The notes beneath the pieces were generated by a model. The model was not told the origin of the DNA, made no database searches, and worked only from the letters and a program-made list of their open reading frames with translations. From the IMG/VR virus record IMGVR_UViG_2703718806_000009: a stretch of 8,057 nt of DNA; one strand, given 5' to 3'. The stretch comes from a virus (lineage: Duplodnaviria; Heunggongvirae; Uroviricota; Caudoviricetes). The position numbers and the translations under genes are program-made. Every line of letters begins with the position of its first letter. The first letter of the stretch is position 1. Below, piece by piece: positions 6,473 to 8,057 of this stretch.

Positions 6473-6686
6473 TGTTCAACCGCCCCGCCCGCTTCGTCTT
6501 ACGATATTCGTCATAAACTTTGGGGTCATACTGAAGCTCCCCGCCGGATGCCTCTTGCAGGCGCATCGCGCGACCTTCAGGTACTAGCTCCCCTTTCCAG
6601 CTATAAAGCGAAGCCAAACGAATACCAGCAGCTTGTGCAAGTTTTGTTTTTGAACCGAAATACAAAAGTGCATCAGTTTTAAGCAT
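6456..6686 (-). CDS. dicC: DicC-like Cro-type HTH regulator
   Basis: 76-aa ORF divergent from dicA. MLKTDALLYFGSKTKLAQAAGIRLASLYSWKGELVPEGRAMRLQEASGGELQYDPKVYDEYRKTKRAGRLNNENHP matches Qin DicC as I recall it, in length and sequence. Confidence 0.8.
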   Translation of the reverse strand: MLKTDALLYFGSKTKLAQAAGIRLASLYSWKGELVPEGRAMRLQEASGGELQYDPKVYDEYRKTKRAGRLNNENHP

Positions 6687-6769
6687 TTAAAACACCTTGG
6701 TAGTTAGTCATAGCTAACAAAATAAATGTTAACAAAAACATAGTCAATAAGGTTTAGCATTAGCTAACT
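6687..6769. promoter_or_regulatory. divergent dicC/dicA promoter-operator region with repeated operator-like dyads
   Basis: GTTAGTCATAGCTAAC (6703-6718, arms GTTAG/CTAAC) and TTTAGCATTAGCTAAC (6754-6768) in an 83-bp AT-rich intergenic between divergent repressor genes. Confidence 0.6.
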
Positions 6770-7177
6770 ATGGATACAAAAAATTTAACCATTGGCGAAC
6801 GCATTAGACATCGCCGAAAAAACCTCAAATACACCCAAAGGTCTCTTGCTAAAGCCCTGAAAATTTCTCATGTATCGGTTTCACAATGGGAACGGGATGT
6901 TAGCGAACCTACAGGGAAGAATCTTTTTGCCCTCAGCAACGTACTGCAGTGCTCGCCAACATGGATTCTATTTGGCGATGAAGACAAGCAGCCATCACCA
7001 CCTATTGAGGAGCCAGTTGCTCTATCCCCCAAAGAACATGAGCTCCTTGAGCTTTTTAATGCATTGCCTGAATCAGAACAGGATGCTCAGCTCACCGAGA
7101 TGCGCGCCCGAGTAAAAAATTTCAACAAACTCTTTGAAGAGTTATTAAAAGCCCGTCAACGAACAAACAAAAGATAA
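6770..7177 (+). CDS. dicA: DicA-like CI-type repressor (XRE-family HTH), repressor of the dicB division-inhibition operon
   Basis: 135-aa ORF MDTKNLTIGERIRHRRKNLKYTQRSLAKALKISHVSVSQWERDVSEPTGKNLFALSNVLQCSPTWILFGDEDKQP... matches E. coli DicA as I recall it. HTH at residues ~20-40. Confidence 0.9.
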   Translation: MDTKNLTIGERIRHRRKNLKYTQRSLAKALKISHVSVSQWERDVSEPTGKNLFALSNVLQCSPTWILFGDEDKQPSPPIEEPVALSPKEHELLELFNALPESEQDAQLTEMRARVKNFNKLFEELLKARQRTNKR

Positions 7178-7200
7178 CGCAATCAATGCGTTATCTTTTT
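7173..7200 (+). terminator. rho-independent terminator of dicA
   Basis: Perfect 9-bp stem GATAACGCA (7173-7181) / TGCGTTATC (7187-7195), loop ATCAA, followed by TTTTT (7196-7200). The stem overlaps the dicA stop codon. Confidence 0.7.
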
Positions 7201-7212
7201 GGCTGACAAAAA

Positions 7213-7264
7213 TGTTAGTCATGGCAAACAAAACACTTGACCGAACTGTTAGCCATGACTAATC
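7213..7264 (+). promoter_or_regulatory. promoter of the ydfA-dicF-dicB operon with two operator-like sites of the same family as the dicA/dicC intergenic repeats
   Basis: -35 TTGACC (7237-7242), 16-bp spacer, -10 TAATCT (7259-7264). Operator-like GTTAGTCATGGC (7214-7225) and GTTAGCCATGACTAA (7248-7262) are inverted copies sharing the TTAG(T/C)CAT core; the second lies between -35 and -10. Confidence 0.5.
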
Positions 7265-7341
7265 TTGCTTACATCAAGACACCGCACGGTGTTCTCAGCA
7301 AACAGTTCCGCTACCCGGCGTTAAGGGCAAATGAGGTCAAC

Positions 7342-7494
7342 ATGGATACACTCAATCTTGGCAACAACGAATCTCTGGTATGCGGTGTGTTCCCTAACCA
7401 GGACGGCACGTTTACCGCGATGACGTATACCAGAAGCAAAACGTTTAAAACTGAAGCTGGCGCGCGTCGCTGGTTAGCCAGAAACACTAACTGA
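7342..7494 (+). CDS. ydfA: YdfA-like small protein (DUF1391)
   Basis: MDTLNLGNNESLVCGVFPNQDGTFTAMTYTRSKTFKTEAGARRWLARNTN, 50 aa, GAGG RBS 5 nt upstream of ATG 7342. Track ORF 7237..7494 would begin at the -35 box of its own promoter, so the internal start is preferred. Confidence 0.6.
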   Translation: MDTLNLGNNESLVCGVFPNQDGTFTAMTYTRSKTFKTEAGARRWLARNTN

Positions 7495-7757
7495 TTAGCA
7501 CCAGTAAAAACAGGTTGCCACTGGTTAATTTACCCTGAAAAGTCAGGGCATAACACGAAAGCGCACGGAGAAGCTCGTCTCTCTGTACTTTGTCGTTAAA
7601 TTTAATTCGACCGTGCGCTTCCGGTTTTGGCAATCCGCGAAATGGCGCGGCGGTAAGTATGGCTGGGGCTTCCTCCATTGCTCCAGAAAATGCACCGGGT
7701 TGTCAGGTTGACCATACACCTGAGTGACAACACCGCCACAACAACCTCTGTTATCAC

Positions 7758-7797
7758 TTTTCTGGTGATTCGGCGGAAATGGATATCCGCCATTTTT
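7758..7797 (+). ncRNA. dicF: DicF-like small RNA (short variant) ending in an intrinsic terminator
   Basis: UUUCUGGUGA (7759-7768), the 5' motif of DicF as I recall it, then terminator stem GGCGGA (7772-7777) / TCCGCC (7786-7791) and AUUUUU (7792-7797), between ydfA and dicB as in Qin. Boundaries approximate; the 5' end would be made by processing. Confidence 0.45.
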
Positions 7798-7974
7798 AAA
7801 GTGTATTTTGTGATGCGGTGAATGCGGCTAAGCGCACGCGGAACAGTTAAAACAAGCGGTCTTTTACTGGCGTAACAGACATCAACTAACAATCCGGCGT
7901 TAATTGTTAACTGGTTAACGTCACCTGGAGGCACCAGGCACCACATCACAAAATTCATTGTTGAGGACGCGATA

Positions 7975-8057
7975 ATGGAAACGTCACTACCAAACGTTAA
8001 TACGTCTGAAGGGTGTTTTAATATTGGTATTCTGCTCAGTAACCGGGAGTTTACTGA
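7975..8057 (+). CDS. dicB: DicB-like cell-division inhibitor, 5' partial (runs off window end)
   Basis: ATG 7975 with GAGGA RBS. METSLPNVNTSEGCFNIGILLSNREFT resembles the DicB N-terminus (M.T.LPNVNTSEGCF.IG...SN) as recalled; position immediately downstream of DicF. Confidence 0.55.
   Translation, partial: METSLPNVNTSEGCFNIGILLSNREFT

Noticed and set aside
3712-6587. Plus-strand track ORFs antisense to the replication operon (3712..3918, 4001..4243, 4219..4425, 4639..4995, 5062..5424, 5234..5596, 5748..5939, 5894..6121, 6015..6305, 6345..6587)
   Set aside because: All lie inside strongly supported minus-strand genes (DnaC-like, initiator, YdaT-like, winged-helix) and are shadow ORFs.
6870-7115. 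Plus-strand ORF 6870..7115 inside dicA in another frame
   Set aside because: Alternate frame of the confidently identified dicA gene.
7237-7341. Extended start (7237) of the ydfA-like ORF
   Set aside because: The extension begins at the putative -35 box of its own promoter; the internal ATG at 7342 with a GAGG RBS gives the ~50-aa YdfA-like protein.
7495-7599. Stop-free in-frame continuation after the ydfA TGA (LAPVKTGCHWLIYPEKSGHNTKAHGEARLSVLCR): readthrough or a ydfB-like gene
   Set aside because: No ATG/GTG/TTG start in that frame, and a 34-codon open stretch is not statistically unusual; no evidence for recoding.
7487-7958. Minus-strand ORFs 7487..7678 and 7602..7958
   Set aside because: They lie antisense to the ydfA-dicF-dicB transcription unit and cover the DicF-like terminator; translations are R/C-rich and non-protein-like, with no RBS.
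1-8057. CRISPR arrays, tRNA/rRNA genes, integrase or transposase/IS elements, retron-like RT
   Set aside because: No regularly spaced direct repeats with unique spacers, no tRNA-like cloverleaf candidates, and no ORF with integrase, transposase or reverse-transcriptase signatures.

Overview
This window reads as the early/immunity-replication region of a lambdoid (Qin/Rac-like) prophage of an Escherichia-type genome; all identifications rest on reading the sequence and recalled protein families, with no database search run. Right side: divergent dicC/dicA repressor pair with operator repeats, then a dicA terminator, an operator-overlapped promoter, ydfA-like gene, a DicF-like sRNA and the start of dicB. 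Leftward from dicC on the minus strand: YdaT-like protein, a replication initiator with a DnaT-like C-terminal tail and in-gene iterons, a DnaC-like helicase loader, a tandem winged-helix protein, a small HTH-like protein, a terminator and an ORF6N-like protein. Further left are a mok/hok type I toxin locus and, convergent to it, a type II toxin-antitoxin operon whose RelE/HigB-like toxin is broken by a +1 frameshift in a G5 run while the HTH antitoxin is intact. The first ~1 kb has no convincing intact gene. I found no CRISPR array, tRNA/rRNA, integrase or transposase. The most interesting items are the frameshifted TA module, the iteron origin, and a DicF-like sRNA that appears to lack the central region of the K-12 RNA.
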